Below the pieces are notes generated by a model. The model worked only from the letters and a program-made list of their open reading frames with translations. It made no database searches and was not told where the DNA came from. The position numbers and the translations under genes are program-made. Below, piece by piece: positions 50,933-61,167 of a stretch of 64,000 bases of DNA (position 1 is its first letter; each line of letters opens with the position of its first letter). Source of the DNA: Alphaproteobacteria bacterium (lineage in GTDB: Bacteria; Pseudomonadota; Alphaproteobacteria; SP197); contig OZ219917.1 in assembly GCA_964291415.2 (NCBI GenBank), positions 32,001 to 96,000 of the forward strand. The letters run 5' to 3'.

Positions 50933-52129
50933 TCACCGCTCCACCAGGCGGATGCGCCGGTTGTACCAGTTCATGAAGGCCGAAATCGTCAGCGAGATGA
51001 GCAGGTAGATGGTGAGCAGGATGGACATGCACTCGAGCGCCCGGCCGGTCTGGTTCAGCGATATGCGGCCGATGGTGGCGGTGAGGTCCATGTAGCCGAC
51101 GGCGATCGCCAGCGACGAGTTCTTGGTCAGGTTGAGATACTGGCTGATGAGCGGCGGAACGATCACCCGCAGCGCCTGCGGGATGATGACGAGGCGCATG
51201 GTCCAGCCGGGCTTGATGCCCAGCGAGTAGGCGGCTTCGGTCTGTCCGTGACTGACCGCCACGATGCCGCCGCGCACGATCTCGGCGATGAACGCCGCCG
51301 TGTAGATCGACAGGGCGAACCACAGGGCGAAGAACTCGGGCTTGAGCGCGATGCCGCCCTGGTAGTTGAAGCCCTTGAGGGCGGGCCAGTCGAGACTGAC
51401 CGGCGATCCGGCGACGAAGAAGGCGACGACGGGGACGGCGACGATGGCCGCCAGGGACATCGACAGGACGGGATAGATTCGCCCGGTCTGTTCCTGGACA
51501 CGCCGCGCGTGGCGGGCAAACAGGTAGACGCCGACAAGGGTGGCGACAAGACTGACCGGTATCACCCAGGCAAAATCCTCGAAGACCGGGCGCGGCAGGT
51601 AGAACCCCCGGTTGGAGAGAAAGAGCCCGCTGACCGGCTCGATGGCCTGCCTGGGATGCGGCAACACGTGCACGACGATGCCGTACCACAGGAGGATATG
51701 GAGGAGCACCGGCACATTGCGCGTGAACTCGATGTAGGCGGTCATCAGCCTGGAGACGAGCCAGTTGTTCGACAGGCGCAGGATGCCGACCATGAACCCG
51801 AGGAGCGTGGCGAAGATGATGCCGGTGACCGCGACCAGCACCGTGTTCAGGAATCCGACCAGGGCGGCGCGCGCGTGGGTCGAGCGAGAGGAGTACTCGA
51901 TCAGTCGCTGGTTGATGTCGTAGCTGGCCGGATGCCCGAGGAAGCCGTACCCGGTTTCCACACCGAGATTCTCGAGGTTCTGGACCGTGTTGTTGATGAT
52001 CCAGCCCAGCGCCAGGAGCAGGACGACGAGGGCGAGAATCTGGATCACGAGGGACCGGGACCGTTCGTTGGTCCACAGGTCGGACAGGTGAAAGTCCCTG
52101 CCCTGTTCAACACCCGAATGGGCTGTCAC
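50933..52129 (-). CDS. aapQ: General L-amino acid ABC permease (AapQ/BztB)
   Basis: RLSNNWL, AEIVRGGI..V..GQTEAA and NLTKNSSLA motifs. Confidence 0.9.
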   Translation of the reverse strand: MTAHSGVEQGRDFHLSDLWTNERSRSLVIQILALVVLLLALGWIINNTVQNLENLGVETGYGFLGHPASYDINQRLIEYSSRSTHARAALVGFLNTVLVAVTGIIFATLLGFMVGILRLSNNWLVSRLMTAYIEFTRNVPVLLHILLWYGIVVHVLPHPRQAIEPVSGLFLSNRGFYLPRPVFEDFAWVIPVSLVATLVGVYLFARHARRVQEQTGRIYPVLSMSLAAIVAVPVVAFFVAGSPVSLDWPALKGFNYQGGIALKPEFFALWFALSIYTAAFIAEIVRGGIVAVSHGQTEAAYSLGIKPGWTMRLVIIPQALRVIVPPLISQYLNLTKNSSLAIAVGYMDLTATIGRISLNQTGRALECMSILLTIYLLISLTISAFMNWYNRRIRLVER

Positions 52130-52173
52130 TTAAGAATCCGGTCCCGGAAGATCAGTGATCATGCCAGGAACCA

Positions 52174-52209
52174 CAACCGGCACCCGTTCCAGTCAACGGG
52201 TGCCGGTTG
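52174..52209 (-). terminator. Intercistronic stem-loop between aapJ and aapQ (attenuator or mRNA stabiliser)
   Basis: Perfect 15-bp inverted repeat caaccggcacccgtt-N6-aacgggtgccggttg. Confidence 0.65.
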
Positions 52210-52233
52210 CGATTTCTCGAAGATCAGCTCAGA

Positions 52234-53250
52234 TCAACGGAACGGCGGGGCGTAGAGGATGCCACCGTCGAGATAGGAGGCATTGACACCACGCGAAAGG
52301 CCGATCGGCGTATCGGGACCGATGTTGCGATCGAAGATCTCGGCGTAGTTGCCAACGGCGTTGATGACGTTGACGACCCAGTCCTGGTCGAGCCGCAGCA
52401 TGGCGCCGAACTCGCCTTCGGTGCCGAGCATGCGATTGATCTCGGGGTTGTTGGTGCCTTCCGCAAGATCATTCACGTTGCCGGAATCGATGCCGTACTC
52501 CTCGGCAAGGATCAGCGCGTTGAGCGTCCAGCGGGCGATGTCGCCCCACTCGTCGTCACCGTGCCTCACCAGCGGGCCGAGTGGCTCCTTCGAGATGATC
52601 TCGGGCAGGACCACGTGGTCATCCGGATTGTCGAGGGCCGCACGGGTCGCGGCGAGACCGGAACGGTCCGTCGTGTAGACGTCGCAACGCCCTGCCAGGT
52701 AGTTCTGGCGCGCTTCCTCGTTGTTCTCGATGGGAACCGGCTCGTAGTCCATGCCGTTCGCCCGGAAGAAGTCCGCGAGGTTGAGCTCGGTGGTCGTGCC
52801 GGTCTGGATGCAGACCGAGGCGCCCTCGAGATCATGGGCACTCTCGACGCCGAGCGCCTTGTTCACGATGAACCCCTGGCCGTCATAGTAGTTGACGCCA
52901 ACGAAGGTGAGCTTGAGGTCGTTGTCGCGGCTGTATGTCCAGGTCGTGTTGCGCGACAGGACATCGATCTCGCCCGCCTTGAGGGCTTCAAAGCGTGTGG
53001 CGCCGGTGAGGTTCGTGTACTTCACTGCGCCGGCATCGCCGAACACTGCCGCGGCCAGTGCCTTGCAGTAGTCAACATCGAAACCCTGCCAATCGCCCGC
53101 TTCATCCTTGAAGGCAAAGCCCGGCAGACCGGTGTTGATGCCGCATTGCACATGACCCTTCGCCCGGACGTCGTCGAGCGTCGCCGCCCCGGCGACGGAC
53201 GTGACGGCTGCCAGTGCTCCGGCTGCGATCAGTAAGATCAGTTTTCTCAT
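52234..53250 (-). CDS. aapJ: General L-amino acid ABC substrate-binding protein (AapJ/BztA)
   Basis: RNTTWT..RD, YYDGQGF, ISKEPLGP and C-terminal YAPPFR motifs. Confidence 0.93.
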   Translation of the reverse strand: MRKLILLIAAGALAAVTSVAGAATLDDVRAKGHVQCGINTGLPGFAFKDEAGDWQGFDVDYCKALAAAVFGDAGAVKYTNLTGATRFEALKAGEIDVLSRNTTWTYSRDNDLKLTFVGVNYYDGQGFIVNKALGVESAHDLEGASVCIQTGTTTELNLADFFRANGMDYEPVPIENNEEARQNYLAGRCDVYTTDRSGLAATRAALDNPDDHVVLPEIISKEPLGPLVRHGDDEWGDIARWTLNALILAEEYGIDSGNVNDLAEGTNNPEINRMLGTEGEFGAMLRLDQDWVVNVINAVGNYAEIFDRNIGPDTPIGLSRGVNASYLDGGILYAPPFR

Positions 53251-53419
53251 GTGTCTTGGTCCCTTTCAGTGTTGTTCGTCGGTCAGGAGAGTGCCTCTGA
53301 CAACGAGGGTCTCATCCTCTCCCAACCGGGCCCCGACTGTCAATCGTGAGGACCTCGGCGGTGAGCGTGCCGCCTTCGTGATCCGGTGGTTCCTTCACAG
53401 GCGAACCGGATGTCTTCGC

Positions 53420-54058
53420 TCAGGCGACAAGGGCGGCGACGGCGGAGCGCAGATCGCCGATGCCCCGGCCCTTGCGGGCGCTGGTGACGAGGATGCCCGG
53501 AACGGCGGCGGGCCGCCGCTGGAGTTCGCGCGCCACCTCTCCAACCACGTCGTCGAGGCCGGCCTCCTTCACCTTGTCGGACTTGGTGAGCACGGCCTGC
53601 CAGGCGACGCCGGCGGTATCGAGACTGTCGAACGTCGCACGGTCCCTGTCGGTGATCCCGCGGCGCGCATCGAGCAGCAGGAAGACGCGCCGCAGCGCCG
53701 GGCGCAGGGCAAGGTAGTCGTCCACGGCCCGCGTCCACCCGGCGATGTCCGCCTTGCCGGCCGCGGCATAGCCGTATCCCGGCAGATCGACGAGATTCAT
53801 GCGTCCGTCCAGGCTGAAGACATTGATCGAGCGCGTCCTGCCCGGCGTCCTGGAGGTCCGCGCCAGGCTTCGCCGCCCCGTCAGCGCATTGATGAGCGAC
53901 GACTTGCCGCAGTTCGAACGCCCCGCAAAGGCGACTTCGGGGACCTCAGGCTCGGGCAGCCCCTCGAGCGACGTTGCGGCGACGACGAACCTGCAGGGCC
54001 GCGCAAAGAGCCTGCGCCCGGCGGCGCTCGCCACCGTCTTCCGGGTTCCACCCGTCAT
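53420..54058 (-). CDS. yihA: Ribosome biogenesis GTPase EngB/YsxC
   Basis: [21 protein letters not shown] and TKSD motifs. Confidence 0.95.
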   Translation of the reverse strand: MTGGTRKTVASAAGRRLFARPCRFVVAATSLEGLPEPEVPEVAFAGRSNCGKSSLINALTGRRSLARTSRTPGRTRSINVFSLDGRMNLVDLPGYGYAAAGKADIAGWTRAVDDYLALRPALRRVFLLLDARRGITDRDRATFDSLDTAGVAWQAVLTKSDKVKEAGLDDVVGEVARELQRRPAAVPGILVTSARKGRGIGDLRSAVAALVA

Positions 54059-54840
54059 GCCGGAGCCGGCCCGTCTCTCCGGGTTCCCTCGTCATCCGTC
54101 CCCGGGTAGCGGACGGCGGCGAGGTAGAGTCCGTGGGCCGGGGCGATCATGCCGCAGGCCTGGCGGTCCCGTTGCTCGAGGGCGCGCCGCAGGTCGCCCG
54201 GGGTCCACCGGCCTTCCCCGACATGGACGAGCGAGCCCACCATGCTGCGGACCTGGCGATGCAGGAAGGAACGGGCGCGGGCGCTGATCACGATGGCGTC
54301 TTCAGGACCCGAGACGCCGAGTTCATCGAGAGTCTTGACGGGTGAGGACGCCTGGCAGCCGGCATCCCTGAAGGTGGTGAAATCGTGCCTGCCGACAAGG
54401 CCCTGCGCCGCCTCGTGCATGGCCGCCGCATCGAGAGACCTCGGCACGTGCCAGGCCCGGTTGAGATCGATCGTCAACGGCGCCCGCCGGCACACGATCC
54501 GGTAGCGATAGAGGCGCTCGACGGCATCGAACCGGGCATGAAAGTCCGCTGCGGCCCGCGCCGCCTCGAGGATGGCAATCGCCCGGGGGCGCAGGTGCTG
54601 GTTGACGGCGTTTCTCACGGTGGAGGGCGGCCAGTCCCGGACCAGGTCGACATGGGCCACCTGCCGGAGGGCATGAACACCGGCATCCGTCCGTCCCGCC
54701 GCCACCAGGGTCACGTCATCCTGGCAGAACGACCGGAACGCCTCCTCCAGCGCCTGCTGAATGGAGGGCCGGTCATGCTGCCTTTGCCATCCGGCATAGC
54801 CGGTGCCGTCGTACTCCAGTGTGAGGCGATAGCGCGGCAT
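54055..54840 (-). CDS. truA: tRNA pseudouridine(38-40) synthase
   Basis: [25 protein letters not shown] and SFLHRQVR motifs. Confidence 0.96.
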   Translation of the reverse strand: MPRYRLTLEYDGTGYAGWQRQHDRPSIQQALEEAFRSFCQDDVTLVAAGRTDAGVHALRQVAHVDLVRDWPPSTVRNAVNQHLRPRAIAILEAARAAADFHARFDAVERLYRYRIVCRRAPLTIDLNRAWHVPRSLDAAAMHEAAQGLVGRHDFTTFRDAGCQASSPVKTLDELGVSGPEDAIVISARARSFLHRQVRSMVGSLVHVGEGRWTPGDLRRALEQRDRQACGMIAPAHGLYLAAVRYPGTDDEGTRRDGPAPA

Positions 54841-54842
54841 GG

Positions 54843-55766
54843 TCAGGCGAGACGCTGGGGCGGCGCGAGGCGCTGGCCGCGCAGCCAGGCGGCGCCATCG
54901 GTGGTCTCCCGTCCGGCAGCGCGGACCGTCACGAGACGCAACGCACCTTTGCCGCATGCCACGACGGCATTGCGGTCAAGCAGCGTTCCCGGCGGTGCTT
55001 CGCCGGCGACGGCCTCGGCCTCGAGGACCTTCACCGGCGCCGATTCCGGTCCGAAGTGAACACCGGGGCGCGGATTGAGAGCCCGCACCAGGCGATCGAT
55101 GTCCTCGGCGCTGCGTCGCCAGTCGATGCGGCCGTCCGCCCGCGTGAGCTTCCCGGCGTAGGTGGCGTCCCGGTCGTTCTGGGGTTCTGCCCCCGCCAGA
55201 TGGCGTCCGGGATCTCGAAGGAGTCCCGGGAGGACATCGGCGGCAAGATCGGCAAGAGAGGATTCCAGGCTCTGGGTTGTGGCGCGGCAGGGCACGGGCA
55301 GGCGGTGGCGGCAGACAATGGCGCCGGTATCGAGGCCTTCGTCCATGCGGAAGACCGTCAGGCCGGTTTCGCTGTCGCCGTGGAGGATGGTGTGAGCCAC
55401 CGGGGCGGCGCCCCGCCAGCGCGGCAGCAGCGATGGATGAAGATTGATGCAGCCAAGCCGCGGCGCGTCGAGAATGGGCCGCGGCAGGATCAGTCCATAG
55501 GCGGCAACGACCGCCACGTCGGCATCGAGCGCCCGGAAGTCGGCAGCGGCAGCGCCATCCCGCAGCGAGACCGGAGTTCTCACGTCGAGGCCAAGGGCCT
55601 CGGCCCGTTCGGCGATCACGGAGGCGCGCATGCGCTGGCCGCGCCCGGCGCGGCGCGGCGGCTGCGTGTAGACAGCCACCATGTCATGGCCATCGCGACA
55701 GAGCGCCTCCAGCGCCGGCAAGGCGAAGGACGCCGTTCCCATGAACGCAAGCCTCAAGGGGGTCAC
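54843..55766 (-). CDS. fmt: Methionyl-tRNA formyltransferase
   Basis: [30 protein letters not shown] and GLDTG motifs. Confidence 0.96.
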   Translation of the reverse strand: MTPLRLAFMGTASFALPALEALCRDGHDMVAVYTQPPRRAGRGQRMRASVIAERAEALGLDVRTPVSLRDGAAAADFRALDADVAVVAAYGLILPRPILDAPRLGCINLHPSLLPRWRGAAPVAHTILHGDSETGLTVFRMDEGLDTGAIVCRHRLPVPCRATTQSLESSLADLAADVLPGLLRDPGRHLAGAEPQNDRDATYAGKLTRADGRIDWRRSAEDIDRLVRALNPRPGVHFGPESAPVKVLEAEAVAGEAPPGTLLDRNAVVACGKGALRLVTVRAAGRETTDGAAWLRGQRLAPPQRLA

Positions 55767-56286
55767 GCGATGTCGCGCAGCCGCGCCTTCTTCCACTTGA
55801 TCATCTTGCGCAGGATCAGCCGGCGGCGCAGGGCCGAGAGGTGATCGACGAAGAGAATGCCGTCGAGGTGGTCGATCTCGTGCTGCAGGCAGCGTGCCAG
55901 AAGGCCCTCGGCGTGAAGCTCCCGGCCGGCGCCGTTCTCGTCGAGGTAGGCGATGTCGACCGATGCCGGGCGCTCCACCATGGCGTAGAGTTCAGGAAAC
56001 GAAAGACAGCCTTCATCGAACTCCACCCGTTCCTGCGACGCGGCGGTGATATCCGGGTTGACGAGCTTCAGCGGCTCTGAGTCCCGTCGCTCCGCGCCAC
56101 GTCGACAACCACGATGCGCCGGGGGATGCCGACCTGGATTGCCGAGAGACCGAGCCCCTTCTCGGCGTACATGGTCTCCAGGAGATCATCCATGAGCCGG
56201 CGGACACCGTCGTCCACGTCGTCCACGGCCTCCGAGACCACCTGGAGACGCGGATCGGGAGCATGAATGACTGGCATGACCGTCAT
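55763..56286 (-). CDS. def: Peptide deformylase, split by a 1-nt frameshift near 56083
   Basis: GLGLSAIQVG in the 5' part; EGCLS and QHEIDHL in the 3' part; GGG to GGGG restores ...SDGDSEPLKLVNP. Confidence 0.92.
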
Positions 56287-56705
56287 CGCGACCCGCCCTC
56301 TTCACCCTGTCGGCATGACGCAAGAGTAGATTCAGGGCCCGGAGCGATCAAGACATGGCCCTCCGGGACGTTACCGGGACATCACCGGGCGAATCGCCAT
56401 CTTGACGTTGCCCTTGAACCCTGCATAGCCTTCCCCATCGCCAAACACATCCGTGCGGCTCCATGCCGGGCCGCCCGCCGCGATGCGGGAATCTTCTAAG
56501 CACGGATGATTGTTTGGCGACCGGCCCGGCACCACGTCGGGCTGACCGATCGCTTGGAGCGGTCGGAACCGGAGGGCAATCCGGCTCCGACCAAGCAATG
56601 GGGTCTCGGGGCAGCTGGGAGAGCGTGACCGAGATCCCGCCGCTCCAAGCACGCTAGACGTTGCCATGCGTCCACTCAAGCACGCTCTCCCAGTGGGGGA
56701 GAGAC

Positions 56706-57475
56706 GTGAAAGCCATCGTGATCAGTCTGCCGCACGCCCATGAGCGACGGAAACGCGCGTCGCAGCGGTTTGCCGAAATCGGTCTGTCTTTCGAATTCCT
56801 TGATGCCGTTGACGCGGGTGAACTGACCGATGCGGACATCGTTCGGATGGATGCGCGATACCGGCGCCGGTGGGGTCTTCGTCCTTTGGCCGCTACCGAA
56901 CTTGCGTGCTGGCTGTCACATGTCCGCGCGATCCACCAGGCAAGCATCGGATCCGATGAAGCGACCGTCATATTCGAAGACGACGCCATGCCCCGGCCCA
57001 ATGCACATCTGTGCTGACCGCCTTGGAACACTGTCACATCGACTTTGATCTGGTCAGCCTCGGCCGACGGAACACGACTCGGCCGCATGTTGACGTGCAC
57101 GCCCTTGAAGCCGGTCGATCTCTCTGCCGGGTCCGGTTCGAGTACGGCGCGTTCGGTTACGTGATCACGAAAGAAGCGGCACTTCGCCTCGGTCCTCGCC
57201 TGACCCGGATGCGCGTCCCGATCGACATGGATCTCATGTTCTTCTGGGTCCACCGGCTCAACCTGTGGTTTCTCGATACGCCGGTGGTCGACCACGATGA
57301 CAACGTGCCTTCGTATCTCACTGCCGACCGTGAACGAATGCTCGTCGGATGGAAGCCTTCGCGACTACGTCGGATCGCCTACCGTCTACACATGGCGGTG
57401 GCCAAGCGGATCGGATTCCGGCGGCTCGTCCAAGGGCGCTATGCGAGCAAACAGAAAACGACCCGTCGCACATGA
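56706..57475 (+). CDS. Glycosyltransferase family 25, frameshifted near 57005
   Basis: VISL...ERR, DAVD, ACWLSH and IFEDD in one frame; GYVIT..AA and PID in the -1 frame. Confidence 0.8.
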
Positions 57476-58278
57476 CTCCCTTCCTCATCAGGAACTGTCC
57501 GCGTTGCGGCGCCGACAATTCCACCACACGCGCCCTTTCCTATTCCTGGCGGCATTGGCGTCTTCGCCGCTGCATGGCGTGTGCTTTCGTCTACCTTGAG
57601 AACCCGCCGGACTATGCCGATCTGAGCGTGGACTACGCATGGGAGACGGACGACTACACACAACGCATGCGTCAGGAGTATCCCTTCACCCGTCGAGTAT
57701 CGCGCGGCTGGCGAAGGGTTCGCCGCCGGTTGATCCCAAGGCCCGACAAGTTGGCCCGACGGGTTACCGCGCATGTCCCACCGGGCCGTGTGATCGACGT
57801 GGGTTGCGGCAGCGCCGGACACCTGATGGCGCTCGCGCCGCACTACAAGATTGTCGGGATAGAGATATCCGTGGCATTGGCCGCCGAAGCGAACGCCCGT
57901 CTCGCCAAGCGCAACGGCACGGTCGTCAACATGCCGGCGATCGAAGGACTCGCCGACATGGCCGCGGCCTCGGCAACCGGCGTGCTGATGCGTTCCTTCC
58001 TCGAACACGAACACAGACCCGCGACGCTGCTCGCCCAAGTGGCGCGCGTTCTCGCGACCGGCGGCGCCGTTGTCGTCAAGGTGCCCAACTTCGCCTGCCT
58101 GAACCGGCGGGTCATGGGATCCCGCTGGTGCGGGTTCCGCTTCCCTGGTCACGTGAACTACTTCACGCCGACGAGCCTCAAGGAAATGGTCGAAGATGCC
58201 GGTCTAACGATATCGGCCTTCGATCCTTTTAGTCGGTTCCCGCTGGCAGACAACATGTGGCTGGTGGCACACAAGTGA
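57472..58278 (+). CDS. Class I SAM-dependent methyltransferase with N-terminal CxxC pairs
   Basis: CPRC/CMAC, VIDVGCG, LEH, KVPN and HVNYFT motifs; ATGA-coupled to GT25. Confidence 0.88.
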   Translation: MTPFLIRNCPRCGADNSTTRALSYSWRHWRLRRCMACAFVYLENPPDYADLSVDYAWETDDYTQRMRQEYPFTRRVSRGWRRVRRRLIPRPDKLARRVTAHVPPGRVIDVGCGSAGHLMALAPHYKIVGIEISVALAAEANARLAKRNGTVVNMPAIEGLADMAAASATGVLMRSFLEHEHRPATLLAQVARVLATGGAVVVKVPNFACLNRRVMGSRWCGFRFPGHVNYFTPTSLKEMVEDAGLTISAFDPFSRFPLADNMWLVAHK

Positions 58279-58316
58279 GATTGGATTGCAACGCCCGGTA
58301 CGGGCGGCCCAGAAAA

Positions 58317-58334
58317 TCAAAGTGAGACACTACC
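58317..58334 (-). mobile_element. Possible solo IS terminal inverted repeat
   Basis: Minus strand GGTAGTGTCTCACTTTGA fits the GGnnnTG start of IS1/IS1595/IS6-type ends; lies at the islet boundary; no transposase or partner end seen. Confidence 0.3.
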
Positions 58335-58355
58335 CCTCTTGCGGGCCGGCGGGCC

Positions 58356-58964
58356 TCAGCCCGGCGTGAGCGTGCGGCGGGCCTGCATCGCCGCACCGAG
58401 CGTGCCATCGTCAAGGAAGTTGAGCTCCCCGCCCACCGGAACGCCAAGCGACAGGCGCGACACGGTGACATCGCAGGCGGCAAGCATGTCGACGAGATAG
58501 TGGGCCGTGGTCTGCCCGGCAACCGTGGCGCTGGTGGCGAGAACCACTTCCGCGACGCCCGCCGATCGGGCGCGGGCCACGAGGCCCGGGATCCGCAGAT
58601 CCTCGGGCCCGACGCCGTCGAGCGCCGACAGGGTGCCTCCCAGAACGTGATAGCGGCCGGAAAACACGGCCGAACGCTCCATGGCCCACAAATCGTCGAC
58701 ATTCTCGACGACACAGATGATCGAGGAGTCACGCCGCTCGTCCGAACAGAGGGCGCAGGGGTCTCTGGTATCGAGGTTCCCGCACCGGTTGCAGGTCGTG
58801 ACGGCCTCGCCCGTCTGCTCGAGCGCCTGCACGAGGTTGACCAGCAGGGTCTCGCGGTGCTTGAGAAGGTGGAGCACGAGACGGCGCGCCGAGCGCGGCC
58901 CCAGACCCGGCAGGCGTGCCAGCAGGGTCGTCAGGCGGTCAATCTCGGGGCTGGCATGGACCAT
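58356..58964 (-). CDS. recR: Recombination mediator RecR
   Basis: [12 protein letters not shown]4 zinc finger, YHVLGG and Toprim EVVLA motifs. Confidence 0.97.
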   Translation of the reverse strand: MVHASPEIDRLTTLLARLPGLGPRSARRLVLHLLKHRETLLVNLVQALEQTGEAVTTCNRCGNLDTRDPCALCSDERRDSSIICVVENVDDLWAMERSAVFSGRYHVLGGTLSALDGVGPEDLRIPGLVARARSAGVAEVVLATSATVAGQTTAHYLVDMLAACDVTVSRLSLGVPVGGELNFLDDGTLGAAMQARRTLTPG

Positions 58965-59000
58965 CTCAAGGGCCCGGAAACGAGAGTCTTGCGACACCCA

Positions 59001-59321
59001 TCAGAAGGGCAGCTTCAGTCCCGGGGGCAGCTGGAAGTCGCCGGCGATGTCGGCCGTTCTTTCCCGGACCGTCTCCTCGGCCTTGCTGTGCGCATCGTTG
59101 ATGGCCGCAACGATCAGGTCCTCGAGCATGCCCCTGTCGTCGGCCGTGACGAGAGAGGGATCGATCGACAGGCTGTTGAGCCGGTGCTGGCAGGTCATCG
59201 AAGCCTTGACCATGCCGCCGCCGGAGACGCCCTCGACCTCGATCCGGCCGAGATCCTCCTGGAGGCTCTCCATGCGCGACTGCACTTCCTGCACCTTTTC
59301 CATCATCTTCAGAAAATTCAT
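59001..59321 (-). CDS. ybaB: YbaB/EbfC nucleoid-associated protein
   Basis: SGGGMV, LEDLIVAAINDA and LPPGLKLPF motifs; between dnaX and recR. Confidence 0.95.
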   Translation of the reverse strand: MNFLKMMEKVQEVQSRMESLQEDLGRIEVEGVSGGGMVKASMTCQHRLNSLSIDPSLVTADDRGMLEDLIVAAINDAHSKAEETVRERTADIAGDFQLPPGLKLPF

Positions 59322-60940
59322 GGGCTGCCGTTCCTTGCGTGCGGTTTGTCGCCCTTCCGGACATCGACGATCTCGGCTCCGGGAAAGGTCTCGAGTATGC
59401 GCGAGAGGTCCGGTTCCCTGGCCGTCTCCTCCAGGAGGGCCTTCCTCTCCTGCTCTTGCGAGCGTGCAATCGTGGGAGCCCCGTCGCTTGTGGACGGCGT
59501 CACCCGCCAGGCCATGCCCGTCCAGGTGCCGAGCAGCCTGGCAAGGTCGGAGGGAAGCTCGCGGGGCGCATCCTTGCCGAGCCTGATCTCGATATCGCCG
59601 ACGGCGAAGGAAACGAGGTGGACATTGGTGCGCAGGTGGGTATGGAGGATGGCCTCGCGGCGGCGCTCCACGAGATCGAGCACGGCCTCGAAACTTCGGG
59701 GCACCTCGTCGCCGGCATCCCCGGATGCCGCAGGCGCCCGGCTTTCGGGCGCCTTTGCCGGCGCGGGCGGCGGCGTCCCGTCGAGCACCTTCAGCGCCTC
59801 CTCGGGTGTCGGCAGTGTCGAACTGAAGGCCAGCCGGACCAGGGTCATTTCCACGGCCTGCAGGCTGTCAGGGGCACCGTTCGCCTCGCCGATTCCCTTG
59901 AGGAGAATCTGCCAGGCCCTCGTGAGGTGCGGTATGCCGAGGGTTTCGGCCATCTCCGCCCCTTCCGTGCGCTCGAACTCGGGCGCCGCCTGCCGGGCAG
60001 CGTCGGGAGTGGCCTTGCAACGGGTCAGCCAGTGCGTGAGCTCGAGCAGATCCTCGAGAACGACGACCGGATCCACGCCTGACCTGTACTGCTCCGCCAG
60101 GCCCTCGAGCGCCTCGGCGATCCGGCCGGCCATGACATGGCGATAGAGCGCAAACGTCCTTCCCCTGTCGGCGAGTCCGAGCATGGCGCGCACATCGTCT
60201 CCGGTCACCGTTCCACGGCCCTGGGCGATGGCCTGATCGAGGATGGAGAGGCCGTCGCGCACCGAACCATCGGCGGCGCGGGCGATCAGGGCCAGGGCCT
60301 CGTCGCTCGCCGATGCCTGTTCCCTGGACGCGATCTCGCCGAAGTACCGGGCAAGCTCTCCGGCATCGACCCGGCGCAGGTCAAACCGCTGGCAACGTGA
60401 CAGGATGGTCGCCGGAATCTTGCGCAGTTCGGTCGTCGCGAAGACGAACTTCAAGTGCTCCGGCGGCTCCTCCAGGGTCTTCAGCAACGCATTGAACGCC
60501 GGTCCGGACAGCATGTGGACCTCGTCCATGACGTAGACCTTGTAGCGGCCGAGGGAGGGCCGGTAGCGCGCTGCATCGAGCAGGCTGCGCATGTTGTCGA
60601 TGCCCGTGTGACTCGCGGCATCGACCTCGAGGACATCGACATGGCGATCGGCAGCGATGGCAACGCAGTGTTCGCAGACGCCGCAGGGCTCGGCCGTCAC
60701 GTCGCCCGTGCCGTTCTCGCCGACACAGTTGAGCATGCGCGCCAGAACGCGCGCCGTCGTCGTCTTGCCGACCCCGCGAACGCCGGTCAGCAGGAAGGCC
60801 TGGGCGATCCTCCCCGTCTCCACCGCATGGGTCAGCGTGCGCACGAGGACATCCTGACCAAGCAGTTCACCCAGGGTCTGTGGCCGGTACTTGCGGGCCA
60901 GGACTCGGTACTGCGGGTTGTCGTGATCAGGAGGTGCCAT
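59318..60940 (-). CDS. dnaX: DNA polymerase III subunit gamma/tau
   Basis: YRVLARKYRP, GVRGVGKTT, DEVHML, LKTLEEPP and SRC motifs. Confidence 0.97.
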   Translation of the reverse strand: MAPPDHDNPQYRVLARKYRPQTLGELLGQDVLVRTLTHAVETGRIAQAFLLTGVRGVGKTTTARVLARMLNCVGENGTGDVTAEPCGVCEHCVAIAADRHVDVLEVDAASHTGIDNMRSLLDAARYRPSLGRYKVYVMDEVHMLSGPAFNALLKTLEEPPEHLKFVFATTELRKIPATILSRCQRFDLRRVDAGELARYFGEIASREQASASDEALALIARAADGSVRDGLSILDQAIAQGRGTVTGDDVRAMLGLADRGRTFALYRHVMAGRIAEALEGLAEQYRSGVDPVVVLEDLLELTHWLTRCKATPDAARQAAPEFERTEGAEMAETLGIPHLTRAWQILLKGIGEANGAPDSLQAVEMTLVRLAFSSTLPTPEEALKVLDGTPPPAPAKAPESRAPAASGDAGDEVPRSFEAVLDLVERRREAILHTHLRTNVHLVSFAVGDIEIRLGKDAPRELPSDLARLLGTWTGMAWRVTPSTSDGAPTIARSQEQERKALLEETAREPDLSRILETFPGAEIVDVRKGDKPHARNGSP

Positions 60941-60997
60941 CGCGGTCCCTGATGAACGGGGCGGGGATTCGCGCAACCGTTGGTGCGGCGGATGACT

Positions 60998-61082
60998 GGA
61001 AGGCCGGACTGACCCGGTTGAACACGCTACGGCTGCTTCCTCTCGGACCTGACCGGGTTCACGAGCCAATTCCGTCCATTCC
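60998..61082 (-). ncRNA. ffs: Signal recognition particle RNA (4.5S)
   Basis: Minus strand contains the helix-8 core CAGGUCC-GAGA-GGAAGCAGCC inside a long hairpin (GGAA...UUCC ends); immediately upstream of dnaX. Confidence 0.93.
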
Positions 61083-61167
61083 GGCCCCCGTCGGCAACAC
61101 TAGCCGCCACGACCGACGGCACGCAAGCCTGATTGCGCGGCAACGGGCCGCGTGCGAACGTCGTTTC

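Noticed and set aside
56371-56679. 102-aa minus-strand ORF upstream of def whose end (KMAIRP) faintly recalls a dehydrogenase C-terminus
   Set aside because: Similarity is too weak and there is no supported start or motif
59318-60940. Programmed -1 frameshift producing the DnaX gamma subunit
   Set aside because: No A-AAA-AAG-type slippery site was seen in the gene
61035-61055. SRP RNA tetraloop GAGA instead of GGAA
   Set aside because: It is still a GNRA loop and within normal variation
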